A DNA stretch of 64,000 nucleotides. Origin: Vicugna vicugna. Taxonomy: Eukaryota. The translations under genes and the position numbers were made by a program. Below, one piece after another: positions 12,383 through 25,800 of the stretch; position 1 is the stretch's first letter, and every line of letters starts with the position of its first letter. A model generated the notes under the pieces. The model was not told where the DNA came from and ran no database searches. It saw nothing but the letters and a program-made list of their open reading frames with translations. The stretch is taken from assembly GCA_013265495.1 (NCBI GenBank), contig MU058687.1, positions 3,722,001 through 3,786,000 of the forward strand. Reading direction: 5' to 3'.

Positions 12383-13804
12383 GTTTGACTCTGAGTGAGA
12401 CCTTTTCCTAGGGACTCTAAACAGAACAAAAATCTAAGTACATTGCATTTTCATTGATTTTGGTTTATAAGAAATGCCTTGAATTGATGGATTTGAATTG
12501 GCTTTGAAGAACCATTTTAAAACCAAAGGAATGTGACTTCCATGCTAATACAATTACTTTCTTCCGAGTAATATTTCTGGGTGAATCAGAGAAGTAGAAA
12601 TTGAGCATTTTTTGAAAGATGTTTAAGAAATATTTTTAAAAGTTGTTCGTAGGATATGTATTCTCCAATTTAATGAGCATTTTTTGCCTTGTTTTCCGTA
12701 AATCTACTTATTTCCTATAACTTTGTATGGTTGAAAGTTGAAGATATGACATACTTAGTATGAAAAATGTGATGTGGGTGAAAGAAGGTTTCTTTCTTTT
12801 TATTCTAAGAGATGACTTGATTTTATCACAATGAAATTAGCAATATTTTCCCCCTGGTTATGTAACTAATACATGCTCACTGGTTGAAAAAAAAAAAAGG
12901 TAATGGGGAAGAAAGAGAATGGTTTTTGTCAGTGGATAAATGGAAGAACCATCCTTCTGATGATTGTGCATTTCTCTTTAAAATGCATACTCACCCAGAG
13001 TCCTAACTGTAAGCATCGTGTGTGTATGAAAACATACATGTGTACACACACACATATATAGACTCATATGAGAGGATACAACCATTTCTAGATAAGAAGT
13101 GTCAGGTGATTTTAAATGGTTTGAGGCCATTCTTAACTGTTCAGAACTTTGAGTAAGAAGGATAACCCTACCAAATGAGAGGGGAGTATCAACTTTCTTA
13201 GGTATTTTCATAAACACTTTTAAATGTAGTCTTTTTAATATTTAATTCTTATGGCATGAAGACAAGATAGGTATTGTTATATACGTTTTAACGCAAAGGA
13301 AATTTAGGGTCTTCCAAGTTAAGCAGTTTGTCCAAGGTCATAGGGCTTGTCAGCGGGAGCAGTGGAATTTGAACTTGGGGCTTTCAGACTCCAAAGCCCA
13401 TGCATACTCCATTGGAATGTGCTGGGTCCCATCATTGAATTTCTCTCCACTTGAAGATCTCGTAAGTATTTCCTAGTGGGACTATTGTTTATTTTTGCTC
13501 AGAGGTAATGTGACATTTGCTTTATTAGTAGCTCTTTCCCCAAATGAATGTATCCTTTATTGCTTTTGACTATATAAAAGAATCAACCAGACTTAAGTAG
13601 CGTTTCTGATCATTGATTTATATGGGATGTTACACAACATAAGAGGATAATCAGGTTATCCCTAGTGAATACGCAGGTTTCCCTGCCTCTATTTCCTTCT
13701 GCCTAACACCCACCTTTGAAAATAATTGGTGTTTGAACCAAAGCACAGGACAGCATTTCCTAGGAAGATATCATTACGTTTATTCTTTCTATTTAATAAT
13801 ATTT

Positions 13805-14210
13805 CAGTTCAGTCACTCACTCAACAAATAGTTTTTTATAGAGAACCTACGATGTACCAGGCACTGTTCTAGGCCCTAGGGATAAAACAGTGAACAAAAT
13901 AGAAGACCATCCCTGACCTCATGGATCTTTTATTATAGATAGGGACAGACAAGGAACTAATATATATAATATACACACACACATTATATATTATATAATA
14001 TATACTATACACACACATATATATGCACATATTATATATAATACATAAATATATATTACATATAATATTGCATCAGGTGGTAGGTGATAAGTGCTGTGGA
14101 GAGAAATGAAGCAGGTAAAAACGAAGTTGCTAATTTATGAAGGGTGGTCCAGGAAGGCCTCTCTGCTGAGCTGATGTTTTCCAGGATACTTTAAGGAAGT
14201 CAGGGAGCAA
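13805..14210 (-). mobile_element. L2 3' fragment containing an AT/AC-rich simple repeat (~13960-14070)
   Basis: cactcactcaacaaatag...ccaggcactgttctaggccctagggataaaacagtgaacaaaa...agggtggtccaggaaggcctctct. Confidence 0.8.
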
Positions 14211-16649
14211 GCCCAACACCAAAAGCTTTGTTTGTGAAAGTGCCACTTGGCCCACCCCCTTCCTCTTCCTGATTCACAGCAGAAATGACCCAGGGTGTCC
14301 ACTTAGACTTATGTCCAGCATGGCAGCTCCCAGCTCAGGGTATGCATGGGGATCAAAATCCAGTCTGCATTTCATCACATCTTCACCCACAGGGCTGCCT
14401 CTGACCTGGGGGCACCCCCTTCTGATTCTCACAAAGGCGCCGTGCTGGTCCTGGTGGGGTGGAACGCTGTGGACCCAAAGGCTCCCCTCCATCTCTTCAC
14501 AGGGGTGGAGGTCAGTGGGTGATCCTACCTTAGAAAACAGCAAGTATCACCAGCACAACACACGCTGTCTCAATTTCACAGCCGTTATCTCACTTTATTC
14601 TCTTCATAGCCCTCTGAGGTGTATTGCCTGAGCCCCATTTTTCTTCTAAGGAAGTTGAGGCCGGGAGGTTAAGTGCTGTGCTGTGGTCACCGGGTCACTG
14701 AGCAGCAGGGCCACATGCGGGATTCCAGGCTAATTCCAAATCTTGGCACTCTCCATTCTGCCCTTGAGGTGTCAAGAGCTGATACCAATCCTGTCACCCC
14801 GCTGATCCTTTGCTTTTGTTGTGGTTTTTGAGCCTGAAGCCAATCACCGGTCCAGAAATTTCCCCTGTGGCCCTGGACGTGGCAGGAGGCAGCCTGTGCT
14901 GCCCGGCCCTGGCTGAGGTCAGCGGCGGGCTCCCACTCTCTCAACCCCTGGCCAGGCAACCTGGAGCCAGCAGTGCTGTGGCTCTGAATCAAGAGACCTT
15001 TAGTGGTTCTGTGATGGCTTTTTCCTTCCCCACAGGAAGACAAATTGGGGGTTTTATGAGCTAATGTAACTATTTACCCAGGGGCCATAGAAGACTGTAA
15101 AGGGACAGTTGATTAATTGATTAATTCTACACGTTGAGGAGATTGGTTAGAAGTAACCCTACTGTAAAATGCAGTCAGAGATGGGGCTTGGCATGCAACA
15201 CCTTTCCCAAGGTCCAGGATTTGGGCTGGAGACTCAGAGACAGTGTCCTGGACATGTAGGAGAAAAGGGGCAGGCGATACTTCACTGGACTTCCACATGG
15301 GAAAATCCACAGCCCCCACTCCTAGTCCATGGGCAGGAAGTTCAAGAGAATAAAGTAGCAACAGGCGTTTGCAGTGTGCTGGCCTGAAGGAGGTGAGAGA
15401 CACTCAGCTCGGGTGCCTCCCAGGCCTGCTCTTACTTACCTCTTCACATCAGTCCCTCTGGTCAAGTGTTACCATCCTCATTCGAGAAGAGGAACAAGAG
15501 ACGCAGAGAGGTTCCAGTAACTGCTCACAGCTGCCAGCTGCTAGTACAAACCCAAATCTCAGATCTGTCTGCCACCAAAGCCTGTGCCCTTTTCTTCGAA
15601 ACCCTGACATTTCCAAGGCAGAGTTGTGGGCCAGGGGTGCACCTTATCTATGTCTGCATTCCCAACTCTGCATCGTTGTGGCACCATAGTCGGACCTCAA
15701 CAATATTTACTGAGCAGAAGGTGTGGCCGTAAGCACCAGGGCAGTGTGGGTCTAAGGGTCCCAAGTCATGTTGGAGCTCGAATCCTGTCTAAGGATTGTG
15801 ACTCTCTTACTCCTTGGAGGAGGAAATGGAGGCCCAGGGTGGGGAAGGGACATCCGCAAAGCCACGTGGCCCAGCAGGGATTCCTATCAGGTGCTTATCC
15901 TGTGCTCCTGGCCCATGAGGATTTGTCACTGGGCTGCCTATGGGGCAGGAGTAGTCCGTCCCAGCCCTGCTGAACTGTGTCCACTCAGCCCTCTCCCCAC
16001 TTCCCTTGTGTTCTGGAACTCTCTGCCAAGGGGAGAGGAAGTCCTTTGGAGGTGAGGAAGAGGGTGGGGTCGAGGGAGGACCTGGGAGGCAGGGGACAGT
16101 GCTGGGGTCTGGGGTTGTGAGGCCCCTCCCACCCCTTCCTGGACAGGTCTCCCTCCAGGCCAGGGTTGGGGGTGGGCGGCTGTTTACGGTGCTCCAACGA
16201 CAGCTCCTCTCCTCAGAAGGGATAATTTCTCAGGCTCTGCCTGCTGATTAGAGCTGGAATTTAAATGAATAACTGTGACCTTGTGGAAGTGCCCTAGTTA
16301 TTCAGAAGCCTGATGAAGAAATAGGCCTCTTGCTTCGGTCCATCAGAGCCCTGGCAGGCGCAGGAGGAGGGGGCTTCGGTCTGCTGTTGCATAAGTACCC
16401 AAGAACGCCGGCCTTCCCTCAGATGTCCCTCAGCCGCTCTGCATCTCTGCCCCTCATTGTCTCCCCTCCAGTTGAAGCCATTTCAGTGCTATCCTTGGAG
16501 GGCAGACCTGCTGATTTATCCTGAGCCCTGCCCTGTCTTCAGGGAGTCCCTCAGTCCAGCCTGAGGGACACTGTTCTGCACCCAAAGCCAAGAGGCGGCA
16601 CCTGCCATGTCTAACCTGTTTATAGACACAGAGGGATTCATCTCCAAGC

Positions 16650-16810
16650 TGGCTGCTCCAGGAGGCGACCCACAGGACCAGCAGCATCAGCCTCACCCAG
16701 AAGCCCATTAGAAAGGCAGGATCTCAGGCTTCACCCCAGACCTGTGGAGTCAGAACCTGCATTTGCCCAAGACCCCCAGAGGTCTGCCCATTAAAGTTGG
16801 AGACATGCTG
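16650..16810. mobile_element. MER5A-like hAT-Charlie element
   Basis: ggaccagcagcatcagcctcacc...tctcaggc..caccccagacct...tcagaacctgcattt...aaagttggaga. Confidence 0.75.
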
Positions 16811-17064
16811 ACCTAAAATTCCCAGCCTCTCTTCACCTTTGGGGACAAAAGAGCTGTGTTTACTGAGGAAGGTGCTGCCCGCCTGGCTAAAGCCCTAGTC
16901 CTCATCTCTTCTGCCCGACACAGAGTGAAACATCCACTTTCTGGGTTGTTAGGAGCTAAGAGGGAGAACAAGGTTAGGGAAAGGAGAGGGAGTGGACACT
17001 TGGTCTGGACAGCTCACTGTTCAGGCATGTCCCATATAAAAGTTTACATGCCGTTAGGCAAGAG

Positions 17065-17330
17065 AGCATAACCTTGAGCTAAGGATGATTTTTTCACTTT
17101 TTAAATAGTTAAAAACAATCAAAAGAAGAATAATTTGTAATGCAAAAATTTTGTGAAATTAGATTTCAGTGTTCATAAATAAAGTTTTACTGGAATGCAG
17201 GCATGCTTGTTCATTTCTGTGTCGTCCATGGCTGCTCTGCAAAGGCGGGGTGCAGCACAGACCTGACGGCCGGCAAAGCCTAGCAGATTTACCATCTGGC
17301 CCTTTACAGTGAAAGTTTGCCACTTCTGGG
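17065..17330. mobile_element. MER58-like hAT-Charlie element
   Basis: ataaataaagttttactggaa...gcaaagcctagcagatttaccatctggccctttacag..aaagtttgcc. Confidence 0.8.
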
Positions 17331-20300
17331 TTAGGGCACAAGCTGGGAACCAGATGCCTGGGTTGACATCCTGCCTCCATCCCAGGACCAGTGTGGCCTG
17401 TTCAGATGACCTTTTCTTTGTGGGCCCTATTTTCCTCATCTATAAAATGGGGACAATAAGTACCTACCTTACAGGGCTGTTGGGAAGATTCTGTGAGCTC
17501 ACACATGTCAAGTCTTTAGAACAGTGCCTGGCACGTAGTAAGCAATTAGCTATTATTATAAATTATCTTGTTTGATCCTTTCCACAGGTGTTTCCATTTT
17601 ACAAATGAAGACAGGCTCAGAGAGGTTTAAAGACAAAAGAAACATTCTTTTGCCTGTGTCTTGGTCCCTCTGATTGTTCAGAGGCATGATCCCCGGCTGC
17701 ACTGCAGACCCCTCTAACACCCCTGCTGTTCTCTTCTTGTCACTCTCTCTCCCATCCGCCCTCATCTTTATGCTTCCATTGAAGCGGTCCCTCAAACTTA
17801 GATCAAGTCCACCATTGCTTTCAAGTGAGGCCAAGAAATCCCAGTAAGAGGGCGGAAAGGGACTGATACTTATAGAGGACCCACCATGCGCCAGGCCCTT
17901 ACGTCTTCATGGGTGAAGAACCTTGGGCTCCAAAACGCTGTATACTTTGCCCAAGGCCAGAAGCAAGTATGGTAGGTTATCAGCATTTAAATGCAGATCT
18001 GGGATCTCTGCTTTGCCATTCTGCCTCCCTCTGGTGCTGTCATTTTCCCCAGGAGCTGTGTGGCCTTGGGTAAGTCACTAACCTATCTGGGCGTCAGGCT
18101 ACTTTGAATCAGAGGACCTCTCAGGCTCCTTCCATTCTGAGGATCTGTGATTTGGCCATCTAACTGAGACACCTTGGGGAGAAGGATTCAGGAAAATGCC
18201 TTCCCCTCCATTACCAAAGTCTGGCAGCTCCTCACTCCAGTGGTACCCGTTATATATTTTGTCTTTTCTTTCCTATTCTTTTGGGCAATAGTCCCACTTA
18301 CTTTTCTCCCTTATTTATTGGGAAAAGCACCTGACATTTATTGAGCTTGTATTTTGAGCCAGGCACTGATATGCTAAGATTTTGCATGCATCAGTTAATT
18401 CTTTTGACATGCCCAGGAGGTAGATTCTGCATTAGACCCATTTCACCCATGAACAATCTGACACTCAGGGATGTTAACTGAACTCACCAGTCCCACTCAG
18501 TAAAAAGTGGTGGAGCAGGATGCAAACCCTGGTCTGTCTGGCCCTGGAGATGTCTCACAGGAAGTTCCACCAGGACGTGTCCCCCACAAAGGTACAGTCC
18601 GTTTGACTACTGTGCGACCCCAGCCTAGAACAGTGCCAGTATATTGTAGGCATGAAATAAGCACTTGCTCAATGAATAAATGGTGCTGAGGACTCAGCTC
18701 TTTGTTTTACCCAACACTCCTTTGAAAAACAGTCTGCTTTTTTATTGGGGTTCACCCTGAAACAGAAAGTAATTAAACCAGTGTTTATTCAGTGCCCATC
18801 TTGGGCTCAGCCCAGTGGGGGATGCAGGCTGCAGGGAAATCCACCACTGCTGTGCATAATTGGATTGGAAGGGGGCCCTTGGCTGGGCTAACAGTGCTCA
18901 GCTCCCAGCCAATTGCCCGGCTGGGGCCCGGAAAGACCCCCTTGGCTCCCGTAGCTGCTCTTGATGAGTAAGCGTGAGTAAGGAGCTGCTTCCCAGTGTG
19001 CCTCCAGCTTCGGCTAACTCAAAGAAGATTACTAGGCCTTGGTGCCTTTTTCTAGAGCCTTTAAAAATCGCCTCCTTTACTGTCTTGTCTTGGCAAGGCA
19101 GACTCACTGGAGTGCTGGTTATGGTCCCAGTTTGCTTCTCAGTTCTGGAAGGCAAGGGCAGAGTTAGAGCTGGAAACACCACTGAAGTGATCCTCTAGTC
19201 TCCACGGGATAGTACTGCCCCTCCCCCTGACCCTGCCAAATGTGTAGGACGGGTATTTGTTGCTCCAATGAGGGGGCATTGGTGGCATTTAGGAGGAAGG
19301 GGCAGTGAATGCTAAATGTGCTGTAACATATAGGAGACTCTCATCCAAAGACTGTGCTGCTCAAAATGCCACTGGCGAGACCAAAGAGAAACTATCCCAG
19401 ACCAACTCCTTCTTTGGACAGGAAAGGAAACAGGCCATAGAACTTCCATGTAACTCAGCTAAGTCACACAGCCTGTTATTGGCAGCCTCGGAGACCCTCC
19501 CAGTCTGGAGACTTGCCTAAGGGGCTCTGAAAAGGGCCTGGCTAAGCTAGTCAGTTTGCAGGGCTAGGCCTCAGGAGTAGCGGGGCGATGGCATGCGGCT
19601 GGTGCCCTTGTGGGCCCATTCAGCTAACTGTGACCATGGAGGGAGGCATCTGAGGATGCCTGGGCAGGCAGCCTGCTAGCCCAGCCAGCTTACTGGAGAA
19701 ATGATGTTGGCAAGAGATGGGGGTCGTAGGGGACACAGAGTGAGCCTAGATATACCAGTCTCCTGGATAATGACCGCGAGCTTTCGAACCCTGCCTATGT
19801 GCCATGCCAAGTGCTAGTCATACATGGTTGCACAGTGATCCTCAGAAAGCATTTTACAAGTGAGATGCAGATATTTTACAGGAAAAGGGGCACAGAATAA
19901 GTTAACTTGCTCGAAATCCCACAGTTAGTAAGAAGTGGAGCTGGAGTTTGAACCCAGGTTTTGGATAATTTAGAGTGGTAGTTTGCAAACTCTGGTAATC
20001 ATCAAAATCACGTGGAGAGCTAATGAATGAGATCCAGGCTCATTAAGGTGATCTGATGTGACCAAAGTTTGAGAACCAATGTTTCCAAGGAAAGTGAGGG
20101 ACTTGAAAGTTTCAGCATCAGACACTGTTTTATACCCTCCATAAATTAAGGGAGGCGAGTAGGTGGGGATGAGGAGGTGGAAAGGAGAATGGGACGAATG
20201 ATCTCTCTTTGTCTGAGCTCTGGTGGTACCTTAGGTCGTGGGATAGCAGAGGCCTCATCATTATACACTATACCATAGCCAGCTAGGTATTAACCGCTAC

Positions 20301-21870
20301 ATACTCACATCGGCCACCATGGGCTCTTGAAGGACAGGGAGTCCCTTACTCTTTGAGAACAGAAACTTATCTATGCCTGCATCCCCACTACCTGCCATAT
20401 TGTATGTGTTCATAAATTTTGCATTTTGGAGATAGAAAGGACCCAAAAGGTTGTCAAGATTCTATGTGCACCTTACTTTTGAGTCTCTTCATAAGAGTTT
20501 ATTCAGACTCAGCTTGAACCCCTACACTGATGAGAAACTCTGCTCCTTTAGGCATTCTAACACAGAGTGTTCCTTTATTCTGAGTCACCATTGGTTTCAC
20601 CACCTGTGTTGCTTACAGCCCTTGGGGACACACAGAATAGGTCTAATTACACTCCCAGAGTTTGAAGACAGGGCTTTTGTCTTCAAGGGTTTTCCTTTCT
20701 AAAGGCTAACACATCTCCAGTTTCTTTTGGCATTCTCATACAAGGCTTTGAGTTCTTTCATCCAGATCATTGTTTTCTGAAAAATTACATTTTTTTGGTA
20801 TCCTTTCCAAAGAAGAATGCCCACACCACATACAGTATTATGGACATACTGCAACCAGATGGTTATAGAGGGGTCCCATTGCTCCCTTTTCCTAAACTCT
20901 CTACATCTATTAACAGCAGCACCAAACACCTTACTTTTTTTTTTAATGACTATAGTATTAAATTGAACTTAAAGTCACTGAAAACCTTTACTATTCTGTG
21001 TGCACTGCAGCTAAGCCATTTCTCTCTCATTCCTGCACTGGTGCAATTGATTTATTTGACTTAATCTTGAGACCTTTCTTTGATTTTGTTAAATTCAGCC
21101 CTGGATTTTTAAAATACAGCACACTGTGGTCTATTTGGATAGAGTTCTTTCATCTGGCACAACTGCTATCCCTTCCAGCTTCCTGTCATTCATGAATGAA
21201 GAGGTATGTTAGAGATGTTCGTGATGGCTGGAGAGCAAGGACTTCCTCTTCTTTGGCAAGAGTCTTGTCTAGAAGCCACAATTGCTGATCCTGTAACCCT
21301 TGGAGTGACAAGCGTGACTGCCTTTGTCTCTCCGCCTTCCACAGTATTCATGAACGAGGAAACCGTCGCCCTCGGTCCCCTGCTAAAGAGATGGAATAGA
21401 TGGGGGAGGTTAGACATTCCTTCCTCTTCCCTGTGGCGATGCCTTACAGACTCCGTTGGCGATTCACGGGTGCCATTGAAGGAATACTTTCTGTTCAGTC
21501 CAGCTACCATGCTGTAAGAATGAAGCTGGTCTAGAGGTAGATAGCGAGTGGACTAGTACAGTTACATCCTACAAAGGGCTTAATGGTGAGGATGGAATGT
21601 GTTGGCCTTGTGGAAGGGCAAACCCAGAGGCTGGGATCTGGGTGGCACCTGCCTTGGAGAAATAGCAACAAGCTCCCTTCTGGAAACCATCACTGACATC
21701 AGTCCAATTATTCACTTTATTCCCCAGTACTGGGCAAGGCTAATGGAAAACCCAAAATCATACATGTGAATGGCTGATCTTCCCAAGGGTCCGTTTCTGA
21801 TTGCTGCTGGGTGATTTGTTGAAGCCTTGTTTCATGCCTACCTTTTTGATTATGAGTAGTGTTCTCAGGG

Positions 21871-21953
21871 TATCTGTTTGAACCATTTAAAATTGTCAGT
21901 TTTGTAGGTCAAAACCTGTCGAATACCAGCAATTTCATGTGGTACAACCCAGT
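21871..21953. mobile_element. MADE2-like mariner MITE
   Basis: ~80-bp imperfect palindrome gtttgaaccatttaaaattg...caatttcatgtggtacaacc. Confidence 0.75.
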
Positions 21954-24900
21954 AAGTGGTTGCTTAGCCTCTTCTTAGATCATCTTGGTTCATAGAGACT
22001 CTACGTCTTAGAGGTGGAATGGATATTCGGTAGTTATCTTCTAAAACCCTACTTTGACTCTTTTCTATGGCATTCTGGCAAGCGAAACTTCCCCAGTTAC
22101 TCCCCCGCTTCATCTTGCCGAACGTGCTTGCTCCTTCATCATGCACGTGCAACTTTCAAAATGTTTCAGGGCACGTCTCACGTCCTCATCCAGCTCTCTC
22201 CTGTTTGGGCTGTGCGCAGCAGTTCCTCCAGCCGTTCTACATGTGACATACTTTTAGACCTCTGACCATTCAGTTATTCTCCTTTGGACATTCTCACTTT
22301 GTTAATGCCTCTCCTGATGTATGGCAGTCTTCTCTGAACCAAAACCCAGGGTTTGGTACAGTCAGTGCTTGAGAAGAGGTGGGACTATTCACTCCTTTTT
22401 GTTTGTGATTTGTAGGGGCGGGCATGGCAGGTAGGAGGTTATGCTTAAGTGCCACAATTTATATTTGTCCCTTAAAATTAAATTTCTCCTTTGCCTGCTT
22501 ACATCTTTTGGACCCTGATTCCAGTACCTGATGAAATAGCTATTCTTTTCAGCTTTAGTTCATTACAACGTCCAGACAGCATACCATGAATATTCTCAGC
22601 CAATTCATTGATCAAAATGCTGAGCAGGCCTAGGGTCTGCTGCGAGCCACTGGGGAACCCCAGGTAGGACAAAGAAACTGAAGTCCACGATGAAGGTCAG
22701 GGAATTGCCTGCAGAAGGGCTGGTCTGAGGCATGACTGTGGAACTAGGTGGAGGTTTCCTTCCAACCCCACCTCTTCCTTTTAAGCATCCTTCTCCCCCA
22801 GTCCCAGCCCGTGCCCTGCATCCTCCCCTTGTGCCCTCCCTCCTGCCCATGGTGGCAGACTTCCTCAACCTGTGACTGCATGTCTCCATCCTCCTTTATT
22901 CACACGTCCACATGCCACCCCTGTCTTTGAAGAAAGATCTTAAGCTTGGCTTCCCGATGATCTCATGCCCAGGACAGTGTCAGTGACTGAGAGTCTGAGT
23001 TTGGCTTATGTTCAGATTTGCATTTTAATGAGGGAAATGGCTTAATAACTCCAAGAAATGACCTGGGAAAGGAAAAGCTCCCTATTTTAGTTGAATCTAA
23101 GGATGAGGATTGAGTAGAGGGAGATAGTGGCCACTTATTTAAAAGGGCTCCCCCAGTGCTTCTTAAATCACGCTTCACCAGGGTCGTAAGTGAAGTTGAA
23201 TTAATGTCCAGGGACTATTTTCTGTTCCTGAATTCTCCAAGACATGTCTCCTCCCTTCTCCACCAGCACTGAATTAGACAGGATAGCTAGTGTCATGGTT
23301 ACCACCCAGCCTGGAGGATCCATCTGCTGGCTAGAATCTACATTTCACCCCTTACTACGTAGTAGGGTCTTGGTTCTAGGTCCTGTAAAATCAGAATTAT
23401 GGCAATGCCTTTCCTGTAGCTATGTATCTAAAGACATGACACGTAGCCATACCTTGTCTATAGTAACGGGCAACAGATATTAGCTACTGTTGTAATTTTT
23501 ACTGAAGTAACTGAATTCCCTTTATTTTAAGTGCTTAAAATGGTAAGATACGTATTTCTTCTTTCCCCTTCTCTCTTTTCCAAATTCCTGGTTACCCTGC
23601 AGACTCGGCTGTCACTTGTGGCTTCTCTCTTAGATGTCAGGCCCCACCCCCCACCACCTTCACCATCTCCTTAGTTCCTCCGGAAACATCGGGTGAATGT
23701 TTCCATTACCTTCTGATTTTATGTAATTACTCTTTTAAAAAGTACTTGTGGCTTCATAAAAATTCAACGTTGGCACTTGGCACTTACAGCAATTAGTGAC
23801 ATTTCATTTCTCTACTTTGGTATGGAGAAAGAGATGATATGTGTGGATTTTACACGGGGAGAAAAGTTATCCTGAAAGTGAATGAGAGAAAAGTCTTGGC
23901 AGAGATAGTCTGCTTTTTTTTTCACTCTGAATTTTTTCTTCCATGGGTGACTTCCTCCCCTGAAATACTTTCCCCAGTTACCCAGCCAGAGTGAAGGAAG
24001 GAAGGATGGATCGAAAACCATCTGAAGGGAGTGGGATATTATAGGTTTGAGGGGGAGACAGTACTAGCTTAAATGATGGAGGCCTTCAACTTCTGGCCTG
24101 GTTCCTGAACATTGTGTCTTCTTCTCTCCTATTTCAGTAAATGGTTTCTATTCTCTATATTAGTCATTTTCATGACAGGCTTCATGATGGCCACTGCTGC
24201 TTACAGATGACTTTTCTTTCGTAGCCATTTCCATTCTCCCGAGCTGCAAAATCAGCTATCTCCATGGGGATTTTTCCAAAGGGTGTAACATAATTTAGAG
24301 GGCCATACGTATGTTTTGCATATTATCTACATATGATTTGCAGTCTGTTCTAAGGCAGTTTCAACTTTGTATGCCTTACCTACTGGAGATCTCTTTCGAA
24401 ATCTTCTTGTTCTTGTGTGGACCCTGAGAACCTGTGCACCACAGATGGATGGGCACAAGAGGGGAGGGATATAGCACTAGAGAGAGGGAGGAGAAGGGCG
24501 AAAAATATCAGAGATCTTCTTGAGAACCAGAATGGTCCCTAGGGTAGCACTTTGTCGGTGTGTGGCATCTAGATAGGAGACATTTCAGCTGCTTTCTCGT
24601 TTTTGTAATTATTTTTAAAAAGGCATTGCAGTTCCATAAGAATCCTGCATTGAAAATTCTCAGTGTCCTGACTATCAAAGGCTCATCCAAGTTCCCTACT
24701 CTCCTCCATTAGGTGAACTTTTATGGAGCTGGCTTTTGAATCTTCACTGAAGATCAGTTCTAATCCAGAGCCGATGGTGCAATTGTTTTGGAAAGATGTG
24801 GTCCCCTGGCTTCCCTGAGTCCCCTGTTTCAGCCCATGTCTTTTAGCAGCCCTTGAACATCAGACTCAGATTAAATGCCTAACTCCAAACCCAGCCAGGT

Positions 24901-25339
24901 GCTATTCCCAGGGCTGGCTATGTGGTCCAGGGAGATGCTGCTGGCCCTCGCTTTCTGAGGTTGACAAGAAGGTCGATCTTCACTCCCTGCCCGACTCCCC
25001 ACTTCTTCATCAGCCATATACTTAACACACCGCCAGCATAGATTGCTTTTCCTTCCTTGCTAATTATATACTTCTCAGTTAAGATTTTTTGAGCATTATT
25101 TTTCTGTATCTATATTGGAAAGCCATATAGTTCCTTTTTTTTGAATATAAGATTTTACTTTAATGTGAATATGCATGAAAAAAAAAACCTCCAGATATTT
25201 TAATATTCCCCATCCCTCCCAGATTAAGACTCAGCTCTCTGGCCCATTTTTCTTTGAGGAGTCATTCACCTACATGGGCAAAGACCCTCTTCCATGATAA
25301 CACTTTTCTATTTGTCCTAACTTTCTGGTAGACCTTAGT

Positions 25340-25800
25340 CCTGTGTTGTTAAATGCACCCTAGACATTTTTGCTTGAGTGATTCTTCTGTTTCTTCAACT
25401 CCTCATGCCGAAAACAGAAGTCATTATTGCCCTCATTCCAAATCCATCTACCAAACCCAACCCACCTTCCTATTTCTGACAATACTTCACTCAGTCTCCC
25501 CTCCATTCCTTCGCCAAAGCATCTCATCGGTCTCCCAAAGCCAGTTGAATCCTCTTTTCCCCTTATCCTTCCTGCTGCCACGATACTCATTTAGGCCCTC
25601 TGCCTATGACTGATCTTTCTGCCTCTTTCTCTTTTCCCTCTAATCCATCCTGTCCACACCATTGCCAAAGCAATCTTCCTCAACATAATTTTCCCTGGGT
25701 CATTCTCTTGCCAACTAACCCTCAATGTCTCCCATCAGCTGCAAGATCAAGTCCATCTTCTTTAGCTTGGAAACTCAAGGCCTTCATACAATGGTTCCAT
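25340..25800 (+). mobile_element. Old L2 fragment
   Basis: Pyrimidine-rich L2-like text ...ccattgccaaagcaatcttcct...agcttggaaactcaaggccttca. Confidence 0.6.

Noticed and set aside
11937..12398. 153-aa ORF as a standalone gene
   Set aside because: Only DVSQGP is real coding sequence; the rest translates the branch and pyrimidine tract and intron.
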